NCBI GenBank assembly: GCA_022562295.1
Contig: JADFPO010000005.1
Location: forward strand, 9,753-73,752
Direction of reading: 5' to 3'
DNA: 64,000 nucleotides
DNA from: Gemmatimonadota bacterium
GTDB lineage: Bacteria; Gemmatimonadota; Gemmatimonadetes; Gemmatimonadales; GWC2-71-9
Each line of letters begins with the position of its first letter. The stretch's first letter is position 1. Below, one piece after another: positions 19,223 through 27,919 of the stretch. The translations under genes were made by a program, and so were the position numbers. The notes beneath the pieces are model-generated. The model was not told the DNA's origin. It made no database searches and saw only the letters and a list, made by a program, of their open reading frames with translations.

Positions 19223-20551
19223 TCACTCCACCAGCACCGCCAGCTCTCGGCCGGCAACGGGCACACCGGTAAACGTCGACCCGGTGGTCCCGGTAAGCCG
19301 AACCAGGCGATACGATCCGATCGTTTCGGCCGACCCTTCGATGAGCACGATCTTGTTGGCACGCGTGCGGGACTGCAGCAGGCCCCCCCGCCGGGCCTCC
19401 TTCTCCACCAGGACCTCGTGCGTGCTCCCCACCAGATTGGCGTTCTTGCGCCGTGCAACCTCGCGTACCGTGCCGATGAGGCGTTCGAGGCGCTCACCAG
19501 CCAGCTCGTCGGGAACGTGCTCCCGGATTTTGACCGCCGGCGTACCATCCCGAACTGAGTATTTGAACGTGAACGCGTTGTCGAACTGCACCTCACGCAC
19601 CAAAGAGTCCGTCGCGAGAAAATCGTCTTCCGTTTCGCCGGGGAACCCAACGATGATGTCGGTCGTGATGGCGAGGTCGGGGACAGCGGCGCGAAGACGA
19701 TCAACACACTCCAGATACGACTCGCGCGTGTATCGCCGCAGCATGCGTTTGAGCACGCGGGACGACCCACTTTGCATGGGAAGGTGTACGTGCTCGCACA
19801 CCTCAGGTACCTGCGCCATGGCTTCGATGACGCGGTGGCTGAAATCGTTGGGGTGAGGACTCGTGAACCGAACCCGGCGGATTCCGTCCACCTCCCCCAC
19901 AGCCCGAAGCAAATCGGCGAAATCTCGAACACCGTCGTGATAGCTGTTGACCGTCTGGCCGAGCAGGGTCACCTCCGTGGTGCCGCTCGCTGCCACCCGT
20001 TCCACCTCGCGAACCACGTCGGCCAATTTGCGACTTCTTTCGGGACCACGTGTCATCGGAACTACGCAGAACGTGCACCGATAATTGCAGCCACGCTGAA
20101 CGGTCACGAACGCCGCAACCTTATTTGACGGTACGGGGGGCACGTCCTCATAATGTTCCCAGGACTTGAAGCCGACCTCAGCCGAGCGTTCGCCATCGCC
20201 GGCTCGGAGGATCAACTCGGACAACATGCGATATCCGTCGGGTCCGGCCACGAAATCCACATGGGGGACGCGGTCGAGGAGGGTCCGTCCCAAACGCTGG
20301 GCCATGCAGCCCACTATGCCCATGACGTCGCCCGGCCGCTTATATCGCTTCAACTCTCCAACACGCCCGTATACTCTCTGCTCTGCGTTGTCTCGTATGG
20401 CGCATGTGTTCACCAGGATCACATCGGCTTCACCGGGCGAGTCGGTGGCTGTGTATCCGCTGCGCCCGAGCAACCCGATGATCAAATCGGTGTCGGCTAC
20501 GTTCATCTGACAGCCATACGTCTCGATGTACACGCGCTTCATTTCCGTCAT
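19223..20551 (-). CDS. miaB: tRNA-2-methylthio-N6-dimethylallyladenosine synthase (radical SAM methylthiotransferase)
   Basis: 442 aa. MKRVYIETYGCQMNVADTD..., a radical SAM CNYRCTFC motif and a C-terminal TRAM region. Confidence 0.85.
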   Translation of the reverse strand: MTEMKRVYIETYGCQMNVADTDLIIGLLGRSGYTATDSPGEADVILVNTCAIRDNAEQRVYGRVGELKRYKRPGDVMGIVGCMAQRLGRTLLDRVPHVDFVAGPDGYRMLSELILRAGDGERSAEVGFKSWEHYEDVPPVPSNKVAAFVTVQRGCNYRCTFCVVPMTRGPERSRKLADVVREVERVAASGTTEVTLLGQTVNSYHDGVRDFADLLRAVGEVDGIRRVRFTSPHPNDFSHRVIEAMAQVPEVCEHVHLPMQSGSSRVLKRMLRRYTRESYLECVDRLRAAVPDLAITTDIIVGFPGETEDDFLATDSLVREVQFDNAFTFKYSVRDGTPAVKIREHVPDELAGERLERLIGTVREVARRKNANLVGSTHEVLVEKEARRGGLLQSRTRANKIVLIEGSAETIGSYRLVRLTGTTGSTFTGVPVAGRELAVLVE

Positions 20552-21792
20552 GCGACCTCCGCAAAGAGCCTGCCCTCGGCGTCTCGAGCGAGGACGGTCG
20601 CCAGCCTCGATCCGGGCGCATGAAGGACGGATAGCTGAACATCCAGGTAGTCCTCGGTGAGGCCTTGTGCCACCCCCTGATGCCGGCGCAGGACGACGAC
20701 ATCGGCCGTGCCGCCGCTTCGCCGGGCGCGGTGCGCAGCGCCTTTGTCGGACGCCAGTTTCCGCAGTTCGGCCGCCCGGCCGGATACCACCCGGGGATCG
20801 ACCGGGGGGCCCAGGCGCGCGGAAGACGCGTGGGGGCGCTCTGAGTAGGGGAACACGTGCAGGTATGTGAACGGGAGATCGCGAATCAACGCCCGCGTCG
20901 CCGAGTGGTCCGCATCGGTTTCACCCGGAAACCCCACTATCACGTCGGCTCCCAACCCGAGAACGGGCACCCGCTCGGCCAGCGCCTCACACCGGTCGCG
21001 ATAGCTCCGTGCGGTGTACCAGTGTCGTCCCATCCGCTTGAGGATGGCGTCGCTTCCAGACTGCAGCGGGGCATGGAGATGTGGCGCCAGTCGATCGGGG
21101 CTCGTCGCCATCAAATCCATCAGGCGTTCGTCGACCTCGGTGGCCTCCACCGAGGTCAGCCTGAAGCGCGTCCGGCGGATGGCGTTCAGCAGGCGTTCCA
21201 CGAGGGCCGCGAGCGAATGGGGCGGCGCCAGATCTCTGCCGTACGTGCCGATGTGCACGCCGGTGAGGACGATCTCTTCATGGGACTCGCTCAGGACCTG
21301 CGCTTCGGCCAGGATCTCGTCGGGGTGGCGAGACCGGCTATCGCCGCGGGCCACCGTCGTCGCGCAAAAGGTGCAATGCTCGTCGCAACCGTCTTGGATC
21401 TTGAGCCATGCCCGAGCACCACGCGGGAACGTCCGGAGAATGGGGTCGATCGCCGGCCCGTCCATTCCGGCAGCGTCCAGCACGGCCTTTGGATCCGATC
21501 CACCCACCACCGCGGTGACACCTGGAAGTGACGCGATCGTTCCGTCATCGAGGGCGGCGGCGCATCCCATCACGATGGTCCGGATTTCGGGGCGACGGCG
21601 GTGCAGGCGTCGCACGAGGCCGCGCATCTTGGCTTCGCCCTTGTGTGTCACCGTGCAGGAATTGACCACCGCGACATCGGCGGCTGCCGGATCGTCGGTC
21701 GGGGAAGCGCCGGCCGCCACGAGGGCCTGGCGTATCACCTCCGTATCGTACTGGTTAGCTTTGCACCCGAAGGTGTGAAAATAGACCTTCAT
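20548..21792 (-). CDS. mtaB: MtaB-like radical SAM methylthiotransferase (t6A37 methylthiolation)
   Basis: 414 aa. MKVYFHTFGCKANQYDTEVIRQAL... with the radical SAM CDEHCTFC motif. It overlaps the miaB start by 4 nt. Confidence 0.7.
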   Translation of the reverse strand: MKVYFHTFGCKANQYDTEVIRQALVAAGASPTDDPAAADVAVVNSCTVTHKGEAKMRGLVRRLHRRRPEIRTIVMGCAAALDDGTIASLPGVTAVVGGSDPKAVLDAAGMDGPAIDPILRTFPRGARAWLKIQDGCDEHCTFCATTVARGDSRSRHPDEILAEAQVLSESHEEIVLTGVHIGTYGRDLAPPHSLAALVERLLNAIRRTRFRLTSVEATEVDERLMDLMATSPDRLAPHLHAPLQSGSDAILKRMGRHWYTARSYRDRCEALAERVPVLGLGADVIVGFPGETDADHSATRALIRDLPFTYLHVFPYSERPHASSARLGPPVDPRVVSGRAAELRKLASDKGAAHRARRSGGTADVVVLRRHQGVAQGLTEDYLDVQLSVLHAPGSRLATVLARDAEGRLFAEVA

Positions 21793-21811
21793 GTGGTCGT
21801 CGGGCGCCCGG

Positions 21812-22945
21812 TTATCGCGACGGTGTAATGGTGATCCCTACCATCACATACCAGCCCCGCTCGCGTGCAGATGCTCCATCGCGCTGAAAACGCTCCACCG
21901 CGACGTCGATGGCCGCCCGGTTCGATGCGAACGGCGTTCCGGTACCCAATGAGAAGTTCCACTCGGTCGGTTGCTCGGTGTTGTGGCTAAACGGAATCTG
22001 TGCGTAGCGGACCCCCACGCGCAGGGGGAATCTCCCACCCTGCCCTCCGAGCTCGATCCCCGACCCCACTATCCAAGTATCGAAGGCACGACTGCCCGTA
22101 GACACCAGATCGCCGTCTGACCGGCTCCACGCGCGCCATTGCGCCGTGGTCATCCAACGAAACGCCGGCGAAAACGTAAACGCAACCCCACCGGCCAAAG
22201 ACACTGGCATCGTGATGCTCTGCGACGCGCCGTCACCCAACCGGCTGGTCAACGAATTATTGATTCTGGCCGCCGCCGCGAGCCGGATGGCCGGTCGCAC
22301 GCTCCAAAGCACGCCAGCAGAAAACCCGCTGCCCGAAAAGCTGAGATCGTCTTCGTCCTGAAACCGCTGCAGCGCGTCGTTCTCGAAGCGGCGGGTTGCC
22401 GCGATCCGACTCGACCCGGCGAGCACATGGAATGCGGCACCAAGGTTCAGTTTCGGCGACGTCCTCCACCCCACGGCCCCGCGGACATCCACGATGCCCC
22501 CATCCGACAGGACCGTGTCACTCACGCCTAGCATGGTACCGCCCACGAGCACCGTGTCGGCGGACGTCAATCGGAACGTTCGCTCCGTGTACGTGGCTAG
22601 ACTAACCTGATACGAAAACTGCGAGCGGCCCACGCCGCCACCCAAGTAAGCAAACGGAAAACGCGTTTCCTGCAGCCCGGACACATCGACATTCACCGCG
22701 GTGTAGCCGCGAAAAGTCGTGCCGGACGACGCACCAACCGAGACTTCGGTGAACGCGGCCGCCAAGGCGGGGTTGAGAGCGGACCCAGCGTCGAACAGGG
22801 CGGCTCCCCCGCCGAGTGCAACGGAGCGCGCACCCTCGGCCCGACCGGGAAAACCGATTCCGCGCGTCCCGTAGATCGAGTTCTGCGCCGATAGCACCCC
22901 CGGCACCACGACAGCCATGAGGAGAAGTCCCGAGCTGCGCATCAT
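21812..22945 (-). CDS. Outer-membrane beta-barrel protein, FadL/PorV-like
   Basis: It has a signal peptide (MMRSSGLLLMAVVVPGVLSAQ). The N-terminal motif GARSVALGGGAALFDAGSALNPALAA resembles the FadL/PorV family plug motif. The body shows an alternating beta-strand pattern with an aromatic-rich C-terminus. Confidence 0.6.
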   Translation of the reverse strand: MMRSSGLLLMAVVVPGVLSAQNSIYGTRGIGFPGRAEGARSVALGGGAALFDAGSALNPALAAAFTEVSVGASSGTTFRGYTAVNVDVSGLQETRFPFAYLGGGVGRSQFSYQVSLATYTERTFRLTSADTVLVGGTMLGVSDTVLSDGGIVDVRGAVGWRTSPKLNLGAAFHVLAGSSRIAATRRFENDALQRFQDEDDLSFSGSGFSAGVLWSVRPAIRLAAAARINNSLTSRLGDGASQSITMPVSLAGGVAFTFSPAFRWMTTAQWRAWSRSDGDLVSTGSRAFDTWIVGSGIELGGQGGRFPLRVGVRYAQIPFSHNTEQPTEWNFSLGTGTPFASNRAAIDVAVERFQRDGASARERGWYVMVGITITPSR

Positions 22946-24153
22946 CGTTGTACCAAGCTGAACGGGGGCACGTAGGTCACCCGCAGGGAAGGCGCTGCAC
23001 CTACTCGCTGGCTGGACCCGACACGCAGTTCGGCGAACGTTGCGGCCTCGGTCCGCAGACGCAGCACGAGGGTCCGCACCTGGTCGGGATTGTTTTGCCA
23101 GCGCCTCAAGATGGACGTGATGTCCAACGCAATCGTATCGCTCGTGCCAACAGCCACAGGGATACCGATGGCCGAGGAGTCCAGCGCGATCAGTAGCGGC
23201 GACTTCGGTCCGAAGTCGGCACTCAATGCGTTGGCAATGAGGTTGAACGTATCCCCCGGCGCTCCTAAGACAGGCTCCACCGGCACCAGCAGCAACTTGG
23301 CGCCAAGCACTTGTGATGAGTCGATCACGAAAGACGGAATGTTTAAGCGCAGGAAAGATCTCGTGGAAGGCGTCCCCCCGACGGTGAGGGTCGCCGGTTG
23401 GGGCGGCGCCGGATCGGTGTGAACGAACGTGTCAAAGGCCACGGCGCGAAAATCACTCGCGGGCGTGAGCTGCCCGTCGGCCGAATCCGCCTTGACGAAA
23501 CGGGTGATTCCCGCCCCTCGCACCCCGTCTTCGGTGCCAAGGGTCGCGAACAGCGGTGTGGTGCTCCGGATCGCCAAACCGATGGTGATCTCACGGGCGT
23601 CCTCCACGAACGTGGGGAACGCGGCCGCCAGAAGCACGGTCGAGATGGTATCGCTGCCCGTCGAGTCGGGCTCCGGCACCAGCACGACGCCCACGATGAG
23701 GCTATCGTCGAAAAACGGCGCCACGGCGTCGAAGGTCGTGAGCGAGTCGATGCTTGTCGGGATTCGGTAGACCGTAATTCCCAGGCCGGACACGTCGGCG
23801 CTCCGCCGGGTGACGATGAGATCCAGGCGGAACGAGTCTCGCTCCACCACCGGAGCCGTGGCGGTCGTGGTGATGGGGATCGCGTCTCCAAAACGCCGGA
23901 AACGGAGCAAGACACGGCTCTCCTGCCCACCACCCGTCGCAACTTGCATTAGGATGGCGGTGTGAGCCGGGACGTACCCCTGGTATGACGTGTCTTGGTC
24001 GATCACGCCGATCAACAGCGAGTCCACCATCTCGATTTGAGCCGTGGGACAGAATTCCGGACACGCCCCCGGAGCCGTGATGGTCTGCTGGCACGCGAGC
24101 GCCGCGCACGCGGCAACGCAGACGCTGCTAAGTAAGGCGGGTCGTCTTGCCAT
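22942..24153 (-). CDS. Secreted protein or lipoprotein of unknown function (two DNRLRE-like modules)
   Basis: ORF 22942..24162 begins at a TTG. The ATG at 24151-24153 gives [21 protein letters not shown], a signal peptide with a possible lipobox. Repeated ...SRVLLRF.../...TRSFLRLNIP... modules follow. Its stop overlaps the barrel gene start by 4 nt. Confidence 0.55.
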   Translation of the reverse strand: MARRPALLSSVCVAACAALACQQTITAPGACPEFCPTAQIEMVDSLLIGVIDQDTSYQGYVPAHTAILMQVATGGGQESRVLLRFRRFGDAIPITTTATAPVVERDSFRLDLIVTRRSADVSGLGITVYRIPTSIDSLTTFDAVAPFFDDSLIVGVVLVPEPDSTGSDTISTVLLAAAFPTFVEDAREITIGLAIRSTTPLFATLGTEDGVRGAGITRFVKADSADGQLTPASDFRAVAFDTFVHTDPAPPQPATLTVGGTPSTRSFLRLNIPSFVIDSSQVLGAKLLLVPVEPVLGAPGDTFNLIANALSADFGPKSPLLIALDSSAIGIPVAVGTSDTIALDITSILRRWQNNPDQVRTLVLRLRTEAATFAELRVGSSQRVGAAPSLRVTYVPPFSLVQR

Positions 24154-24415
24154 ATGCGTCAAACGAATCGATGATGGCCATGATCACCGCATCGACCGGT
24201 CGGTCTCGAGTGACGTCAGTCTGGCGCGCCGACGACCCACCCGCGAAGAGCACCGTGTCGTTCAGTCCCGCGCCGACGGCATCCACCGCGATCACGTAAC
24301 CACCCTCCGGTTCCATATCGAGCGCAAGTTGCTCCACCACCAGAAATTTCACCCCCTCCAACGACGGGTCTTTCCTGGTCGCCACCACCGAGCCTATGAC
24401 TCGCCCCATCTTCAT
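24128..24415 (-). CDS. EutN/CcmL-family bacterial microcompartment vertex (BMC-P) protein
   Basis: These are the last 95 codons of ORF 24128..24820: [30 protein letters not shown]...[23 protein letters not shown]...[14 protein letters not shown]. They align end to end with EutN/CcmL proteins. The ATG at 24413-24415 forms an ATGA overlap with the cdd stop. Confidence 0.8.
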   Translation of the reverse strand: MKMGRVIGSVVATRKDPSLEGVKFLVVEQLALDMEPEGGYVIAVDAVGAGLNDTVLFAGGSSARQTDVTRDRPVDAVIMAIIDSFDAYGKTTRLT

Positions 24416-24801
24416 CGTGCCAGATCCTCCGGCCCGAATCGATCGGGCAGTAATTCGGTCAACCGCCATCGGCGGGAGCCATCCGGACCCACGGCCTCCA
24501 CCACGAGATCGGCCGCCAGTTCCGCGAGCACCTGCCGGCATGCCCCGCAGGGAGCCGATGGCGGAGACGCGTCGGTTGCGACTACCAGCCGCGCGAACCG
24601 CCTGGCACCGGCCGCTACGGCACATCCCAACGCCACGCGCTCCGCGCAGTTGGTCAGCCCGTACGACGCGTTCTCCACGTTCGCCCCTACAAAGATACGT
24701 CCGTCCTCGGCTTGGAGGGCCGCTCCCACCCGGAACCCGCTGTAGGGGACGTAGGCATTGGACTGGGCCTCCTTGGCCGCCTCGACCAGCGGATCGCTCA
24801 T
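24412..24801 (-). CDS. cdd: Cytidine deaminase
   Basis: 129 aa with ...[14 protein letters not shown]...[18 protein letters not shown]...PCGACRQVL, the zinc-binding CAE and PCGxCRQ motifs. Confidence 0.9.
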   Translation of the reverse strand: MSDPLVEAAKEAQSNAYVPYSGFRVGAALQAEDGRIFVGANVENASYGLTNCAERVALGCAVAAGARRFARLVVATDASPPSAPCGACRQVLAELAADLVVEAVGPDGSRRWRLTELLPDRFGPEDLAR

Positions 24802-25991
24802 GCAAGTCCTCCGTCAGCAATCATCTCGCCGAGAAACGATCGTCCGACCGAAGCGGGCACGCCGAAATAAGCCGCGACCGTCGCCCCCACGTCGGAGAAG
24901 GCCCGGGTACCCAGGGTAACCGGGCGGATGCCCGGCCCAAGCGCCAGGATCGGGACCAGCTCCCGCGAATGATCCGTCGACGACGTGGTCGGGTCGTTCC
25001 CGTGGTCCGCGGTGAGAATCATCAGATCGGGCGGTCCAAGCAACCCGACCAGCTCCGGGAGCGCCCGATCCAACTCCTCCAGCCCTTGGTAGAACCCCAC
25101 AACGTCATTGCGGTGCCCCCAGGTCTGATCGAACTCGATCACATTCGCGAACAGCAGCCCAGAATCCATCGATCGAAGCGCCTCTCCGATGAGTCGGTAC
25201 GCGTCGGCGTTGGTCGCCGTGTGTTGGCTGGCAATGTTCCGGCCGGCAAACAGGTCATCCACCTTGCCGACTCCCACCCTCGGCACACCGGCTTCGGCCA
25301 ATCGGTCTAGCAGCGTGCAACCTACCGGCTCGATCGAGTAATCCTTCCGATGGTCGGGAACTCGCGCAAACGAACCGGGCTGCCCCACGAACGGCCTCGC
25401 GATCACCCGCGCCACCGTGTGCGGGCCGACGAGAATTTGCCGGGCCTTCCGCGCAGCCGTGTAGAGTTCGTCGAGCGGTATCTTCTGCTCGTGCGCCGCG
25501 ATCTGAAAGACACTGTCGCCCGATGTGTACACAATCCATGCGCCGGTGTCGAGGTGCTCGGCGCCATGCTCCTCGATGATCTGGGTCCCCGATGCGGCTT
25601 TGTTCCCCAGCACCCCTCGACCCGTAGTCGACTCGAACTCCGCAACGATTTCGGGTGGGAAGCCGTGTGGATACAACGGAAACGGTTCTTGCAGCAGTAA
25701 TCCGCAGAGCTCCCAATGACCTGCCGTGGAGTCCTTTCCTTTCGAGTACGGTACCGCCACTCCGTGCGCGGCAGACGGGTGATCGCACCTCAAGCCACTC
25801 AACGGCCGACAACACCCCAAACCCAGCGACTCGAGGTACGGAAGCCGAAAGCCACCCACGGCCCGCGCCGAGTTGGCCAAGGTGTCGCTTCCCGTGTCTC
25901 CATATTCCGCCGCGTCCGGTGCCTCGCCAATGCCAACACCGTCCAGCACGATCAGCGCGACACGACCTCTGTCGCGGCGTTCACGGCCCAC
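24798..25991 (-). CDS. deoB: Phosphopentomutase
   Basis: 397 aa with ...[24 protein letters not shown]...TADHGNDPT... Typical DeoB metal-site motifs. Confidence 0.9.
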   Translation of the reverse strand: MGRERRDRGRVALIVLDGVGIGEAPDAAEYGDTGSDTLANSARAVGGFRLPYLESLGLGCCRPLSGLRCDHPSAAHGVAVPYSKGKDSTAGHWELCGLLLQEPFPLYPHGFPPEIVAEFESTTGRGVLGNKAASGTQIIEEHGAEHLDTGAWIVYTSGDSVFQIAAHEQKIPLDELYTAARKARQILVGPHTVARVIARPFVGQPGSFARVPDHRKDYSIEPVGCTLLDRLAEAGVPRVGVGKVDDLFAGRNIASQHTATNADAYRLIGEALRSMDSGLLFANVIEFDQTWGHRNDVVGFYQGLEELDRALPELVGLLGPPDLMILTADHGNDPTTSSTDHSRELVPILALGPGIRPVTLGTRAFSDVGATVAAYFGVPASVGRSFLGEMIADGGLA

Positions 25992-27108
25992 GGTAGACGC
26001 GCGGCAAGCGATCGCCCAGCTTGACCAGAATTTCGTAGGAAATCGTGCCGGCCCAACCAGCGAATTCGTCTAGAGCGATCCGTTCGTCACCGTCGGTTCC
26101 GATCAGCGTAGCTACGTCCCCGACGCCGCCCGGATCATCCGGTCCTAGATCGACCACAGTCATATCCATGGTCACCCGCCCCACGATCGGCCGGCGACGG
26201 CCGGCGACGATCACACTCGCGCGATCTTGAACGGCGCGCGGCACCCCGTCCGCATATCCAATGCTCAAGGTTCCCACAGTGGTCGGCTCTGCGGCGGTCC
26301 ATTCCGCACCGTAACTGACCGTATCGCCGGCCTCGAGACGCCTCACGCTCACCACGACCGCCCGCAGTGACGCGACCGGCTTCGGCTTGGGAAGGTCCTT
26401 TCCGACTTGGCCACCATACAAAAAAATTCCAGGCCGCACCAAATCGAAATGTTCGTCGACCCTCCAGGCGCCGGCGCTGTTGGCCACATGAACGAACCTC
26501 GGCCGCTCCGCGAGCGACGACACTACCTCACGGAAACGCCCGAGTTGCACGTTCACCGCATCCTCCGACGTGTCGGCGGAGTGCAGGTGGGTGAACACGC
26601 CTTGCGGCGGGTTGCGCGCCAACGCCCTGAGCCCAGCGGCATCATTCCATCGGATTCCGGCGCGACCCATACCCGTGTCGACTTCGCAGTGATACGGTTG
26701 GTCGGTTCCACATTCATCGATGACAGCGGGGTCGTCCAGCACGGCGGTCAACTCGTTTTCCCCCAAGCGACTCAGATCGTCGATACGCGCTGGCGTAAAC
26801 ACGACGATGGGTCGAGTAACGCCCGCACGCCGCAGTTCCACCCCCTCCGACACCGTTGCAACCCCAAATCCCCACGGCTCGATCGTCTCGAGCGCGCGTA
26901 CGACCTGGACGGCGCCGAGCCCGTAACCATCTGCCTTGACCATGGGGAGAAGGGGCGCATCGTGCGCCGCGTGGCGCACTGCCCGGGCGTTTTCGACCAA
27001 ATTTGCGAGGTCAACTTCCACCCACGCACGGTCGACTCGTAGCTCTGTTGACACACTCACAATCCCGCGCGTATTGTACCGGCGCAATGACACGAATGCA
27101 AGAACCAT
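25981..27108 (-). CDS. alr: Alanine racemase
   Basis: 375 aa with ...RAWVEVDLANLVENARAV...LLPMVKADGYGLGA (PLP-Lys motif). The ATG at 27108 overlaps the divergent mazG start. The GTG starts at 27060 and 27054 are alternatives. Confidence 0.85.
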   Translation of the reverse strand: MVLAFVSLRRYNTRGIVSVSTELRVDRAWVEVDLANLVENARAVRHAAHDAPLLPMVKADGYGLGAVQVVRALETIEPWGFGVATVSEGVELRRAGVTRPIVVFTPARIDDLSRLGENELTAVLDDPAVIDECGTDQPYHCEVDTGMGRAGIRWNDAAGLRALARNPPQGVFTHLHSADTSEDAVNVQLGRFREVVSSLAERPRFVHVANSAGAWRVDEHFDLVRPGIFLYGGQVGKDLPKPKPVASLRAVVVSVRRLEAGDTVSYGAEWTAAEPTTVGTLSIGYADGVPRAVQDRASVIVAGRRRPIVGRVTMDMTVVDLGPDDPGGVGDVATLIGTDGDERIALDEFAGWAGTISYEILVKLGDRLPRVYRGP

Positions 27109-27860
27109 CAGCGCTTGGGCGCATCGTCGAGCTCGTCAGAGATCTCAGAGAACGGTGCTCGTGGGATCGCGTGCAAACCCGCGCCACCTTGCGCCCCTAC
27201 CTCGTCGAGGAGGCGTTGGAGTTGGACCAGGCACTCGCCGCTGACGATTCCGATCAGATCCAAGCCGAACTCGGCGATCTGCTGCTGCACATCGCCTTCC
27301 AGATCGTGCTCGGTGAGGAGTCGGGAGCGTTCGGAGCGGAAGACGTAACGCAGGCGATCGAAACCAAGATGAAGCGACGGCACCCGCATTTGTTCGGTCT
27401 GGGCCCGGAGCCGGAGACGTGGGAGCGCCAAAAGAAAAAAGAGCACGTCACACAAGACCACAGCATCCTCGACGGACTACCTCCTTCGCTGCCGGCCCTC
27501 CTCAAGGCGTTCCGACTACAGGAGCGCGCGGCGGGTGTCGGCTTCGACTGGCAAGATGCCCAGGGTCCACGCGACAAGGTCACGGAAGAATTGGACGAAC
27601 TGGATGCCGAGTTGACCGACAACCCCGATACCGATCGGGTCGAGGCCGAGGTTGGCGATCTCCTCTTCGCCGTGGTCAACCTGGCGCGAAAGTTGGGCTG
27701 CGATCCCCGGGCGGCGCTGGAAAAAGCCAATGCGCGTTTCGATGGGCGGTTTCGAAGAGTGGAGCGGTTGGCCCAGCAGCACGATGTGGACTTGGGACGA
27801 GCGTCGCTGGAAGAGCTGGATGTGTTGTGGGAGGAGGCCAAGTTAGGGGATAGGGGATAG
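27087..27860 (+). CDS. mazG: Nucleoside triphosphate pyrophosphohydrolase MazG
   Basis: ORF 27003..27860. The internal ATG at 27087 gives MTRMQEPSALGRIVELVRDLRERCSWDRVQT...EEALELDQA...ELGDLLLHIAF. A second MazG repeat follows (EELDELDAEL...EVGDLLFAVVNLAR). Confidence 0.85.
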   Translation: MTRMQEPSALGRIVELVRDLRERCSWDRVQTRATLRPYLVEEALELDQALAADDSDQIQAELGDLLLHIAFQIVLGEESGAFGAEDVTQAIETKMKRRHPHLFGLGPEPETWERQKKKEHVTQDHSILDGLPPSLPALLKAFRLQERAAGVGFDWQDAQGPRDKVTEELDELDAELTDNPDTDRVEAEVGDLLFAVVNLARKLGCDPRAALEKANARFDGRFRRVERLAQQHDVDLGRASLEELDVLWEEAKLGDRG

Positions 27861-27869
27861 GGGATAGGG
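27844..27869 (+). repeat. Tandem heptamer array (TAGGGGA) x3 plus a partial fourth unit
   Basis: Read directly: TAGGGGA TAGGGGA TAGGGGA TAGGG. The third unit supplies the mazG stop codon (TAG 27858-27860). Successive TAGs fall in all three plus-strand frames. Confidence 0.95.
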
Positions 27870-27919
27870 TGTTGGCGCAGACCGATCCCTGCTACCACCG
27901 GGAGGGGCCAGGGGTGTGG

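Noticed and set aside
24128-24820. 230-aa ORF as a single gene
   Set aside because: Only the last 95 codons are EutN-like. The upstream 135 codons are an out-of-frame reading of cdd, which has clear cytidine deaminase motifs in its own frame.
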